A stretch of DNA of 64,000 nt from Balanoglossus misakiensis. Lineage: Eukaryota > Animalia > Hemichordata. The stretch spans positions 9,650,390-9,714,389 of the forward strand of contig CM082580.2 of NCBI GenBank assembly GCA_040954595.2, read 5' to 3'. The notes beneath the pieces are model-generated. The model ran no database searches and had not been told where the DNA came from. It saw only the letters and a list, made by a program, of their open reading frames with translations. Shown piece by piece: positions 1 through 11,902 of this stretch (the first letter of the stretch is position 1; every line of letters starts with the position of its first letter). Both the position numbers and the translations under genes were made by a program.

Positions 1-960
1 GTATTGAGTCAAGGTTTTGTAAATTGTACGCAGAATTCTGGTTGTAAACGAGCGACGAACCCCATACGGTTTTACGTAAATGGGGCGTGAGATACTAGTA
101 GAATGACAAAATAACAAACATGTATAGGCCTAAGGACCTTCAGTGTCAGGTCTAGTTCAAGAACGTCCAACGAACGGGGGCGAGCAGTGCGAGAATGAAG
201 AAAGGCGGAATTTCCAAAACACGTCGACCGTGAAAGGGGTATACGCCCACGTCATTCAGAAGTTGTTTGGGTTCTAAAAGGCAAAACGAAGCGTGAACCT
301 ACGTGCCTGACGCTAGACGTGTAAGAATTACCAAGAACGGTCAAGGTCCATGCGTTCAAAGCAAAAAATAAAATTAAACGTGAACTTGTCACGCGAGCAA
401 GCACTTAAAAATAACTCGAACGTGTATTGTAAGGACTATGATGGGGCAATGAATATTCATGTAAACACTGTCTACCAACGAAAGTCCTCTGAACTGTCTC
501 CGATATAGGGTTTTGACCTGATCGTATATATAAGGGTGATTGGTTGGTGGTATACCTGTAATATCAAGCTCAAGATTGTCTATCGACAAGCCAGACAACC
601 TCGGAAACGTAGATGGTTTCACTGGCCTTTGATATCAGCGCCATATAACAGTAATAGCATGCGGAAAATTTAAAGAAAAAGCTATATAGCGACACAGGGA
701 CATAAGGTTAAATAATATAATTTCTCGAACAATTTCTTGGGAATGATTTCTTGCGCCTGACTAGGTAGCTTGTTGGTCGACCTATACTTGAGGGTTGAAG
801 TATATTAAATTTTTTCTCAAGGAAGTTCAATTTTTCTCGCATGTGTGGACACGAGGGACAATCCCTTTTTTTCTCTTCTGAGTCACTTGTCACAGGAATA
901 AATCGAGTGGCCTTTTTGAAAGTGATGTTTTTGCTATGTTGTGTGGATAAGTACAATTAT
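1..960 (-). mobile_element. Decayed Ty3/Gypsy-like LTR retrotransposon gag-pol remnant (Gag knuckle, aspartic protease, protease-RT linker); runs off the window edge
   Basis: Minus-strand frames give, in order: a degenerate knuckle (SYLVRRK..PRNC); a protease-like stretch (LLYGADI / VKPSTF...LDITGI...LVDSVYMNIHCPII, cf. LIDTGADIS...ITGI...ILG); and a linker-like STSISRPIYVKPYGFVARLQP. Many stops and frameshifts. Recognised by eye only. Confidence 0.45.
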
Positions 961-1587
961 TCCACACATTCTTACCAGATTGACGCACTCTAAAACTGTG
1001 AAGGGTGATTCGAGTAGTGGACTGCAAATGTCATATTTTTCGTGTCCGTTGTCTGAAGGCCAAGCAAGTCACGCGTCAACAAAGCATACCCACGCATCAC
1101 AACAGATAATCAAAACCCAAGCAAGGAAGAAATAATGTTGGAACCCTCTGTATAAAAATCGGGATGTAACGTCAGGTGTTACGAAAAGAGTGAGCTAACC
1201 CATGCCTGGCACCCAATTGGAAATTGCACACTTTACAAAAAACCACACTGTTGGCATCTGAGATCATTTGTCTAACGGCCACAATATGACCAGCCATGAA
1301 AGCGCTGGCTACGAGTAGCCTTGGACCAACACTTTATCACAGAGAAGTTTTTTGCGCCTGGTGAAACATTCCGCATACGCAGTGAACGTCCTTGCATAGC
1401 AACGCCGTGCGTGGATGCCATATCACAGCATGCTTTTTCGACCCAATCATTCTTGGAGTTTGCCACACACAAGTCAACTTGGACCAGGGATTTCTCCGCG
1501 GATTGTAATACTAAAGCAGAATGGAATTGCGTCTTCGTACTCAAACAATCCGGCCAATTTGTATTTATTTGTCAAAAAACATAGTTT

Positions 1588-1640
1588 CATCATCATCATC
1601 ATCATCGTCGTCGTCGCTGCCGCCACCACCACCACCACCT
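1588..1640. repeat. Compound trinucleotide microsatellite (CAT)n(CGT)n(CAC)n
   Basis: Directly visible: catcatcatcatcatcatcgtcgtcgtcgctgccgccaccaccaccacc. Confidence 0.85.
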
Positions 1641-2206
1641 TCATTCTGTAGTACAAAAGATGTGTCCGACTGCAAAGTTTATCACACCAGTTGATTTAAT
1701 CCGTCAACAAAAGTTGTGAACACATTCCATGAAACGCAATGTCGCACCCACTTCAGTTTCTTTTACGCATACTGTATCACTTCCCACCGCAATATAGCTG
1801 GCAGTTATCCTCGTCGAGATGTAGGGCATGCGATTAAAGCCGTATCGACAAGTATGGCGGTCGATTTTGTTTACTCCATCGCTTTACGTCCCGTCGCGGC
1901 TCGCGACCTGCAGCGAGCAGTCGCTCACGATTATTGCCCACTGTACATGTCAAACACGACTCCAGGAAAATATCTGGCAATAGGGCTGCTGTTTTTTCTC
2001 AAATAGCACGTTGCTACACACGGTTTATTTTCCATTTGTCACGCTCCCTTTGATTTGACTTATGGAAGTAGCAGTGCAAGCATGTTTATAGCTAATGGGC
2101 GCAATAGACATACATTTTTACAGAAAAACAGGATGTCTGTTAATGCTTCAAAAGAAGGTCACTACTAGTATTATTTTGAAAGACCCGTTTAATAAGATGG
2201 AATGGC

Positions 2207-2427
2207 ATAATATAATATAATATAATATAATATAATATAATATAATATAATATAATATAATATAATATAATATAATATAATATAATATAATATAATATAA
2301 TATAATATAATATAATATAATATAATATAGTATAATATAGTATAATATAATATAATATAATATAATATAATATAATATAATATAATATAATATAATATAA
2401 TATAATATAATATAATATAATATAATA
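2207..2427. repeat. (ATAAT)n pentanucleotide microsatellite, ~44 units
   Basis: Directly visible, with two ATAGT variant units. Period-5 variant units (GTAAC, GTCAC, ATCAT) continue to ~2495. Confidence 0.98.
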
Positions 2428-3439
2428 ACGTAACGTAACGTACCGTAATGTAACGTAACGTCACGTCACGTCACGTCACATCATATCATATAGTACGAGA
2501 CACGTTTTATCTGAGATCAGAGAACTGTGGATCGGAGACTGTTGGAGACGCGTGTCATTAAATGTGCGGAATCTATGTGCAGTTGCAACGCTTCAGTACA
2601 GAAATAGTGTGGACTGGCCGCGCCGTGTTTTCATACAAAAAAATATACAATATAAAAATTCATACACAGCTTGCCCCTCAAACGCATCACACACACTTCG
2701 TGACAACTTGAGCACTTCAAGATGTCTTCGAAAACAGCGACGTCTCAATCAATGCTGGCCTCAGACACCACGTCGTGACAAACGCGAGGAAACACAGGCA
2801 CTTCGATATTCCTTCGATAAATAGAAGATTTTCTGCTGTTTCTCTGATCAATACAGTTACCACGCTTATGTGAAGAGACGTCAAAAAGTGAGAAAAAATC
2901 AAGGGCGGTGGACATTTCCTGTGTATTGATCATCATCAGTAGTGTGTCATCTCCTCATCAACTTCCCGTGTTGCACGACCTGATTCATTTGCACACCCTG
3001 CCGTAAACAGACATGTGATATTTTGTTATACGAAACTGATTGACCACAATTTCGGTTAATAATTGAATATATTGAATATTTAATTTGCCACAAACATTCG
3101 GGTGGTTAAATAGCCCTGGTGCTGACGATGCTTCAGCGATGACCGTGAACTCACCAGGCATTTCCATGATTGAGTGTCTCACTGGGTTTCAGTCAAAGTC
3201 AAGCACACTCAGTCGCCGACGTCGTTGATGACGTCACCGTTGCTCCTTGACTCATTCTATGCATTATATAACAATAATAATAAAATTTAAAGTGTCACCA
3301 ATTTTCACTGTACGTTGATACAAAATCTTCCATCGGGAGAGGGGACACCCACACCTAACCTCCCCAGCTTCTCCTTTCACAATACGTCACTTCCGTCTTA
3401 TTACTGTAGTCGTACAACGTCACACTCCTGGCAAGACAA

Positions 3440-3660
3440 GTTTCATTTAATTTAATCACCACTTGGGGGCGATGTTGGCATAGAAAAATGCACGTTGGAA
3501 TTGTGGGCCACCTACGAGAAAACGAATTATAGGCTTATGGTATGTCATATGACATGCCATGTGTTTTATTGAAAGAGAGAGACAGAGACAGAGATGGGCA
3601 GGCAGTCGATTTCATTTAATTCTATCGCCACTTGGGGGCGATGTTTCATACATTTTGGTA
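3440..3660 (+). repeat. Dispersed repeat copy (internal ~168-bp direct repeat, GA tract), homologous to 12370-12645 on the opposite strand
   Basis: tttcatttaat..ccacttgggggcgatgtt occurs at ~3441 and ~3610. aaaacgaattataggcttatggtatgtcata plus the GA tract matches the reverse complement of ~12380-12500. Confidence 0.7.
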
Positions 3661-5050
3661 TCATTTTGCATGCTGCAGCCGGATTTCACGAGTGTAATTA
3701 AACCCGGCTACAAGAACAGTGGACGATGCTGTACGTATAGACGTCAATTCCGTCGAAATATGATTCGAAATGACTGTCATTCGTTTGATGATACCCTCCA
3801 AAATGTTACCAGGTTAATAATGCATTATTAATATTTTGCAAACGTGCCTTTTTAACATTCTATATTGATGTCGTCCAAACATTTTTCATCCATTGTTTTA
3901 GCGGGAATAGTGTCTAACTGAAACTATACATGTAGATAAACATATGAAAATATTCTTATGTTTATTTGTATTTGTGAGACTCTGCGGTGGGTAGCGATGT
4001 CGAAGCATGCAAAGCAGAAGCCGTCTGATATACGGATAAATGCACATCACACAGGCTAACTGCCAGAGAATATTAAGCCCGCATCCGCATACAGCTGTGT
4101 GTACCTTTGTCGGTAACTTTTCATTAATCCATCCATCCATCCACCTATCCATCCATCAACACATCAATTCACCCACCGCCTACACATACATCCGTTTACC
4201 TGTCTAAATCCACCTAGTCCCACTCGTCTATCCGAGCAACAGGAAGAAAGCGCACGATCTCAAACACCCCATGTGGTTTGCACCTTGCGGTGTTTATTGT
4301 TTGAAAATTTTCACCAGAACATCAAAACAAGACTTAACCTAAACCCCAATTGCTGTGACAGATTGCGGCCAAACTAAATACCTAGAGATTTCAATATAGG
4401 AATTAGTAGATTGGGTTATTTTTTGTTGGTTTGATCGGCGGGTGGCCAATGACCGTTCAGAGACACCCAAGGAATCTCACACCACTTGGTACCCTATAAC
4501 ATCGCTCTTCATGGGCTAGCTAACGATGTGTTCTACAGGAAAACGCACTATTAAGTTGATTCGTCTGTGTAAGTATAATTTTCATTCTGAAACTGGAAAT
4601 GTGAAAGGAGCAATGTTTTCAGTTTACTGATCTGAAAAGTATAATTTTCATAGCGGGGTCTCGTTGGCTGCAATCTGTCACGGATATTACCCAGATGGTG
4701 TTATTCTCAGTGAGGACGTTCCTAAATTGGAAATGTTTTAATCTTCCTCTACCTTTGTTAGGGAATTAAAATATTAGTGTGGACAAAATGTTTATAAGCA
4801 TGTGCAGTATTGCTGTTTGGTTGGTTGGCTGGGAGAAGTTTCTTGGGGATCTGGAAGGCTTCTCAGTAAGTACCTATCTATTTGTCTTTTGGCGGAGTGT
4901 TAGCTTCAAAAAGTTATACATCATAACGAAACACTGGTTGAAAACTTTACCGGAATATTTCATCGTTGTTGAAAACGCTCATCAGAAATTTGCGGCGCAA
5001 CCATGCATGCGATATCCCGTTTTGTTTCTTTCAGGTTTCACCACTGGAAA

Positions 5051-8000
5051 ATGCTTTTCTTCGTGATAACGATAATTTTCACTGCTACCTCTGTGAACGG
5101 TGTCATCACGCCCATCGGGCCGACATCGGTAAGTGGAAGCCTGTCCATATTGCCTGTCACTCACGAATGATCGGTGGATGTCTTCGCCGCTTTATTTGTA
5201 AAACGTCATCTATGTCGACTGAAACGAAACGAACCATACTGGTATGGCAAATCGTGAGCTGTTCGGTGCAGCAAATGTGCGATAGTTTCCGAACGTTAAC
5301 GACAGGAAACTCAGGGGTACAATACTTGGTACTCAAGAAACATGCGCTCGGAATCACTTGTGATTCCCTTAGAATCGCATCCTGTACGAGATTTGAATGT
5401 ATATCAGGATTCATTCTTTAACGATTACCTTTGTTATACAATCGTGTATTAAGTACAATAAGTACATTGTCGACATAGTGTGACGATTTATTTCTGCTGT
5501 AGTATCGTGGGCTTCTTGGTCTGTATTCATCTTTTTGTATGTCTGTGTTTGCTCAAATCATTTTTTTCTGGTTATACGGTGTATTTTATGTTTCCCATGT
5601 TCTTTTCTTCCAGACCGTTTGCGATGGTAAGTGTTTGTATCAATCTAATTTCAATGCTATACAGTGAGTGATATGGTATGCGTTCTTTCACTGTTTACCT
5701 CGTCGACTCTTAACACTCACTGCAATTTCCACCGGGATGTAATTAGATGGTGGAAAGCACGCCACCCACCACCACTCATGGCAGCCTTACTAATATATAA
5801 TACTTTTCTGCATAATTGTTTATGTCATGCCGAAGCGTTTGGATTGCATTATAACGTAGATACGTAAAACAGGACGGCAGTTGCAACATCTGCTTCAAAT
5901 TATGTGTCGAAAAGTATGAAAGCGTTACTGCATGATTCTCAATCATTTTTCAGTTTCAACTTTGATATATTATCTGCTGTGAGTTCACTACCTAATGATT
6001 CGTGCATTCGATTTTTGTTTCAGAGGTTTTCTGCGGATCTGAGCGATTTGTAATTTGTAATGACGCTCTGAACTGGAATGATGCCAAAGACCTTTGTGAT
6101 CAAGATGGTGGCTATCTGGCGGTCCTAGCAGAACAAGACCAAAACGAATGTGTCACTGACTTCATTAAAACGCACGACGACTTTAAGGATATCACAGGTA
6201 AGGTTTTTTTGTCAGAGGAGGTGGAGTAATGATGTGTAGTGACGGTATTAGTGCTGTACCAGCTGAGTTAAAATGGGAAGTTCAGCCTAGCTGATTTTGC
6301 TTTAAGCTAAGCCTTTGCTAAATCGTACATGTGCTTTGATAGGGCAGTCCACGGTGTCTTTCCTTTCGTATAGGAGAGAATACATTGCTTGGTTTTTAGT
6401 CGCCTTACTTGAACGATTCAAATATATGACATGAATCATTGTGTATATTCTTTTTGAAGATGGATTCTGGATTGGATGTACGGATGCACTTTGTGAAGGG
6501 GAATTTGAGTGGCATGATGGAACTTCATTTGATTTCTTTGACTGGTACCAACAACCGTCATGTGGAAACCAGCAGGTCCTTTGGAATTCAATCAACCGTG
6601 ACTGCTGCCAAATATGGTAAAGTACACGTTAATTTTTTGATGCAACAAATTGAAATTAGCTTTTGAATGATATTAAGATTTATGATGTACATCTTTAATC
6701 AACATGGAGAAAACAACTAAAATTATGTCATATTGTTCTATTATTTCAAAGGAAAACACCGGCTGATATGAACGGAGTTCCTGATATGAAATGGTACTCA
6801 GACGATTGCACACACACTAAAGGATTTGTTTGCCAGTATGGTAAGTATCTATCTTTTCCAGGATCCATTTCACGCGGAACATTCGACAGAGTAGGCCTAA
6901 CTGTGAAAACACGTGCTCTTTTCTTCATTTAAGAATTGGCCATCACGTTCGTATCTGTACAGTCTTACTTAAAGTTAAAGACAAATTGATTGGGTGATAT
7001 TTAATAAGACTATTTACATAAAACTCTTCTTTTCTTTTCGGCCTTCTTATACATTGAACGAAGATGAGACGCCACCAGTAATACCCACAGGTAATTGTTA
7101 ACTCGTGACAGCTAATGTTCTATTGTTGTCTGTCTTAATTGTAGAAAATGCAAGATCAAATGCTCTCTGCATAAAGTAATCCAGTACACAGCAATATCCA
7201 TTTCAATAGAGGCTTTTCCGCTTATTACGGGATCTCGCGAGACTTGGTTAATTAGCGTCACAACGGTCTGCTATCTAAGCATTACAAATGAATCTTTGAA
7301 TGAAACTAGAATAGCTGGATAGTTTAACATGCATTGTAAATTTTGAGTCGCTTATCACGATGAGTTATGTGTTGTTTGACTCGTGTCACACGAAAATGTC
7401 CTCCTATCCTATATTAATCGCCTACCGATGCGAAATCTCCCAGGTCATCGTGGAGTTCGGGAAATGGTCTATTCGGAGCTTCGATTTCAGAGCAAGAGGA
7501 AATGCCCTGTTTTCGGTTCGATTCTACTTTCACGCGTATACTTCTTAGATTATAATCACTACATGTTTTGATCGATTGCAGTGGCTAGTTGGTCAACATG
7601 GGGACAGTGGTCATCTTGTGATGCACCTTGTGGACCAGGCATCGAGACCCGTTCTAGAGTGTGTTATAATCAACAGGGGAGTGGCACCCCCGATTGTATT
7701 GGTAACCCTAGTCAGACAAGAGAATGCACGGATGCCGCATGTCCTGGTAAGACGTGATTTACACATTTAGACTTTGTGTTCTTTCGTTTGCATATTTCTT
7801 ATGTGCCATATCAGATTGATACTTAGTTCTGTAATTTAAATGTTTCCAGTGAGATCAGCAATATTGCATATGTCATGAGAGATAGGGGCAATTGTCAAGT
7901 CACCAACTACAGCATGCATTTTAAAATATATAAACTGCTGTCAACTGTATTATGTTAACTCAAGGAATCTGGGCAAATCAACAAATAGAAACAATTAACA

Positions 8001-11000
8001 CGAAATCAACAATTACAAAATAATTACTCATGACTTGATCAAGGTATTCCCTTTCCTATATCCAGACTGCGCTCAAGTGTGCGAAGACGGGGTATTGGAC
8101 AGTGGCTGCATATTTTGCGTCTGCGTGGGTAACGTACTGACTGGGACGGTAACCGACATAGCTGGGAGACCACTGAATGGGGTACTCGTTTATCGTGTGG
8201 AAGACATGCTAAACCCTGTTGCCACAACAGATGACGTCGGCCGTTTCGAGGTGCAAGACGTGTGTGAGAATTCCGGTTTCACATTCAAGAAGAATGGCTT
8301 CATACCAGTAACGAGGACGGTTCTCGACAGGGATGCGTTAACAGTGGCAATTCAACTTTCCCGTATAGGTTAGTGACACGTCCGGTAATTCCTAGTATCA
8401 CAAGATGACTTTTCGAGGTGTTTGTTGGTCCCCACAGACGAAGTCTACGGGACGTACATGTATTGATTGTGCTCTGTCAGATTGTGCGTGCGAGTATGGT
8501 ATGTGGTGATATGTGCATCATCGACTGAGGAGGACAAATTGTAATCCATGCCTCTAATGTGGCACCGGCGTATAATAATCCCGAAGTCGAACAGGAAGCA
8601 GTCACACTCTGATAAAGACATGGATGGTGTTGGTGCCACCAGCAATAAGAGTTGAAACCTTGGAAACTTACAACCTAAGAGTTTGTGTAAACCAACGCCA
8701 TTTTGAAATTAAAGGGCGGCATAAGATCAATTTTATCCTTTATAAATTAATGTATTTTATGTGTTTATTTTCCCGTAGAACCAGTTGTGATGATCGAACA
8801 CCCACAATCAAAGGTTAGGATGGTTGGTGAAAGTGTTACCTTATGCTGCGAAGCAAAAGGAAACCCAGCACCCGTGTATTATGAATGGTAGGAATTTTAA
8901 ATTTAAGAATCAGAAATCATTAGACCAGTTATCTCTTACAATATAGGATTTTCGGAATCAACGAATCTCTGCGCGATCTCGCGTGGCTAGGCAGTTCATT
9001 GATATTGGAGGACATCCTCATCTTCATCCCCTTGCTACTGTACCTAACCAAGTCCCGCGAGAGCTCGCAATGTGCGAGGCATAACGAAAAATCAACCAGA
9101 TATTGTAGAGACATTAACTTACTTAGCGTACTGATCGATTGCTAGTATGTTGGTACTGATGAACACATTCTGACGTGTATACATTGCTTTCCTTCTTTTA
9201 GGTTTTACAACGGTATAATCATTGACGGAAGCATTTATAATAATGGCAACACATTGACCTTGAACAACCTGATATTGGCAGACTCCGGTGACTACAAGTG
9301 CAGGGCTAACAGTGATGGTGGCGCTCAATATTCCAATGAAGCTTCATTGCAAGTTATCGGTATGTGCACTTCATCCTGACTGTTGAAAAGTCAAATGGAA
9401 ATCTCACAGTAAAGGCTCGTTGCAAAGTGAAATCATGCCATGTTATCACTAAAATTTATACGTTGTATAGAAAGAAACTATTTGAAGTACACAGGTATCA
9501 TATTAAGCATTTTTTACTTTTTCTCTCTTCCCACTTCAGAATCACCCGACAGCGTCTGCGACACAAACCCTGTCGACAAACTATTGAAGCTTCCCGAAGA
9601 TTGTGTGACAGATGATGGCACAAATTACTACAATGTTGGGACGTGCAGTAGGAACAAGTGTCCTGTTAGCAATCCCAGTGGCTGTATAGACTCACAAGAA
9701 AACTGCTGTGCACCAGCATCGACTGCTGTCCACACTGTCTCCTGCACAAGGTTTTCGATACAAGTCACTGTTGTTACGGCTTGCGGTTGCCTTCCGTGTG
9801 GCCGAGACACCATCATGGTCAGAGGGAGGGCGGTTGCGGCCGATGACAGGTCACCGTTGTCCTACGGTATGGTATACGTTCAGAAAGAACTGGTCGACAG
9901 AACGAATGGTAATGGCGAATTTAGTTTCGAGGTTTCGAAAGGCGCGACTCGTTTGGCTGTGACGTTCAAAGATCGACTGAATAACTTGATAGACACAACT
10001 AAGATCTTTTCCCTGGATGTAGAAACTGCTGTTTACTATATAGTGGCAATGCAAAGGCGCGTCGATGCTGTCGTCATTGACTCCATGTCAGATTCTGACA
10101 TTCCCCTTGGCGGCGATGGCAGCGACCCGGTGATGGATTTGCATATTCCTACCGGCTCTTTCTGCACGGCGAGTGGCACCCCGTACACGGGGAATGTGAA
10201 AGCCAGCGTCACTCTGGTAGACGTTACCGACCCTCTTGTTGTGGATGTCATCCAGAGCGATTTGTCGACTCGGAATGCAGAAGGTGAGCAGGCATTTCTG
10301 GAAACGTTTGGTATGTTTTCCATGCAGTTCACAGACGATGACGACAGCCCCTTGAGAGTAGATGGTACCCTACAGTTGTACATCGACGCTGAGAAAGCAA
10401 ATATTGATGACTCGGCCAGTGATCTTCCCCGTCTGTGGTTCTTGAACGAGGAGACTGGCGAATGGGAAGATGCAGGAGGTCTTGAAATTACACAAGGAAG
10501 AAGACGAAAGAGGCAGACACAGACATTTCTGGTTGGAAACATAAGTCTTGTTGGTTATGATTTGGATAATTTGCCAGTGATTAACATTGACGCAATTGAA
10601 AATGGCCCACGGATTTGTTATCTCAAAGTACGGGCATACACGGATGAATCCTTATCCATTCCTTTGGATGAGGCCCAAGTAACAGCTATATCCAGAGACC
10701 AGGTTGTCAGATACAGATATCCTTATGAATTCAACGTCGGTCGATTCAACTTCTTTAACACCAAAATGACGCATGGTGGTAGTGCGTGTCTGCTGACCTT
10801 TTGCGCTCGTGACCCGTCGTTGTTCGCTGTCAACGTAAATGTTGAATACAACGGAGAAATTCTCACTGCCATGCAGCCGAGTGACGTTCCTTCCGATAAG
10901 CATCCGGGACAGTGGCCAAGCGATCTGCTGCAGTCGTTCACCTTGCCGGAATTTCCATTAGACGAAAGTGGTTATGTAAAGATGTTGGGGCTTACCCCTC

Positions 11001-11902
11001 AATTATCTGATATTGATGACCCCTATGAATATCAGTATTATTCCGATTACGACTATGATACCTTCAATTACGATATGATCACATCCAGGCAATTGGGCCC
11101 CTTTTATTGGCAATGGTATGACCGATACAAAGCAGGACAATACTGTAATAATGCCCCAATTGATGAAAATCACTTGGTATTTTTTCAAAAAGAAACAAGT
11201 GGTTTGGTCCTTCACACTACCGAGCCATTGGGCCCGGAAAGGGACCGCACTCCAGCCTCATGGTACCCGTATGAGAACGAAGACAAACGAGTGTGCTTCA
11301 TCAAAGTTCTTGTCACGAGCCCACGAAGTGAGCGTATCCGAGTGACCAGCCTCACTGGTAAACATCCAGCAGTGGACTTCATCGACACGTATGGCGTCAG
11401 TATTGACAATTCCAAACCCAATCCCCCGAATACACAGATTTCGTCGAATACAGCAGCTTGCGTCGAGTTCAAATGCAGTAGCTATCTGAGACTAGGTGAT
11501 CCTTATGGAACGGATCGGATTGGCGAACCAGACGCCGAGGCCGATGAGACCATTCTGGAGATATCGCCGTCCTCGTCGTCCTGGCAACGCTGCTGGCTAA
11601 AAGCTGCCAATGCAACGGGGCAAGTGTCCATCAAAGATATGAATCCAGACTTGTCCGACTTTCTGGCTGATCATGAATTAAGCGACACGGAAGTTTTCAT
11701 CGAAGACCAAAAGCTGCTAAGATTCCAAGTCCCCTTCGTCGACATCCCAGACTACCAGACTGGAATCTACGTGTCAAAGGGCGGATCTGGCGACCGGGAC
11801 GCTCTCATTAACTGTCATGGTGGCAACGATGTCGAGTACCTGCAACGCTACCCAGAAACTCACCCGGATGCTTCGTGGGCTATTGCTATAGAATGTCAGT
11901 GA
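5051..11902 (+). CDS. CILP: Cartilage intermediate layer protein-like secreted protein: signal peptide, C-type lectin domain, TSP1, carboxypeptidase-regulatory-like domain, Ig, CILP core, furin site, CILP C-terminal domain; ~1211 aa
   Basis: GT-AG exons with consistent phases: 5051-5128, 5614-5626, 6024-6197, 6460-6616, 6752-6840, 7064-7090, 7582-7746, 8066-8368, 8779-8887, 9202-9359, 9540-11902 (3636 nt, divisible by 3). Motifs: MLFFVITIIFTATSVNG (signal), WNDAKDLC/FWIG/FVCQ (CTLD), WSTWGQWSSCDAPCGPGIETRSRVC (TSP1), VTLCCEAKGNP..W..DSGDYKC (Ig), LETFGMFS, LWFLNEETGEWE, RRRKRQTQTFLVGN..CYLKVRAY (cf. human CILP1 RRNKREDRTFLVGN..CFVKVRAY). Confidence 0.9.
7205..7473 (-). mobile_element. MITE-like repeat, family A copy 1 (intronic)
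   Basis: Imperfect TIR AATAGAGGCTTTTCCG / CGGGAAATGGTCTATT. 7448-7473 matches the reverse complement of 57525-57550 at 25 of 26 positions. Shared internal motifs ggaggacat and aaccaagtctcgcgagatc. Confidence 0.7.
8940..9104 (+). mobile_element. MITE-like repeat, family A copy 2 (internally deleted, intronic)
   Basis: cgcgatctcgcgt..aggca..ggaggacat.ctca and aaccaagtcccgcgagagctcgcaatg match the 57525-57750 copy. Confidence 0.6.
9540..11902 (+). CDS. CILP: Large terminal coding exon of the CILP-like gene (CILP core, furin site, C-terminal domain)
   Basis: Corresponds to ORF 9440..11902. The true start is the pyrimidine-tract acceptor ttctctcttcccacttcag at 9539; phase 1 matches the donor at 9360. 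Confidence 0.92.

Noticed and set aside
1150-1215. Penelope-like terminal fragment
   Set aside because: Only a vague resemblance to recalled sequences; too short and diverged to support.
2189-2464. ORF encoding (YYIIL)n
   Set aside because: Translation of the (ATAAT)n microsatellite; no evidence of coding.
4955-4990. Hammerhead-ribozyme-like CTGATGA..GAAA on the minus strand (similar at ~35853, +)
   Set aside because: Stem II closing pair and stems I/III could not be formed convincingly.
9440-9539. N-terminal hydrophobic stretch of the 820-aa ORF as a signal peptide
   Set aside because: It is the intron polypyrimidine tract; the exon starts at 9540 and the real signal peptide is at 5051.
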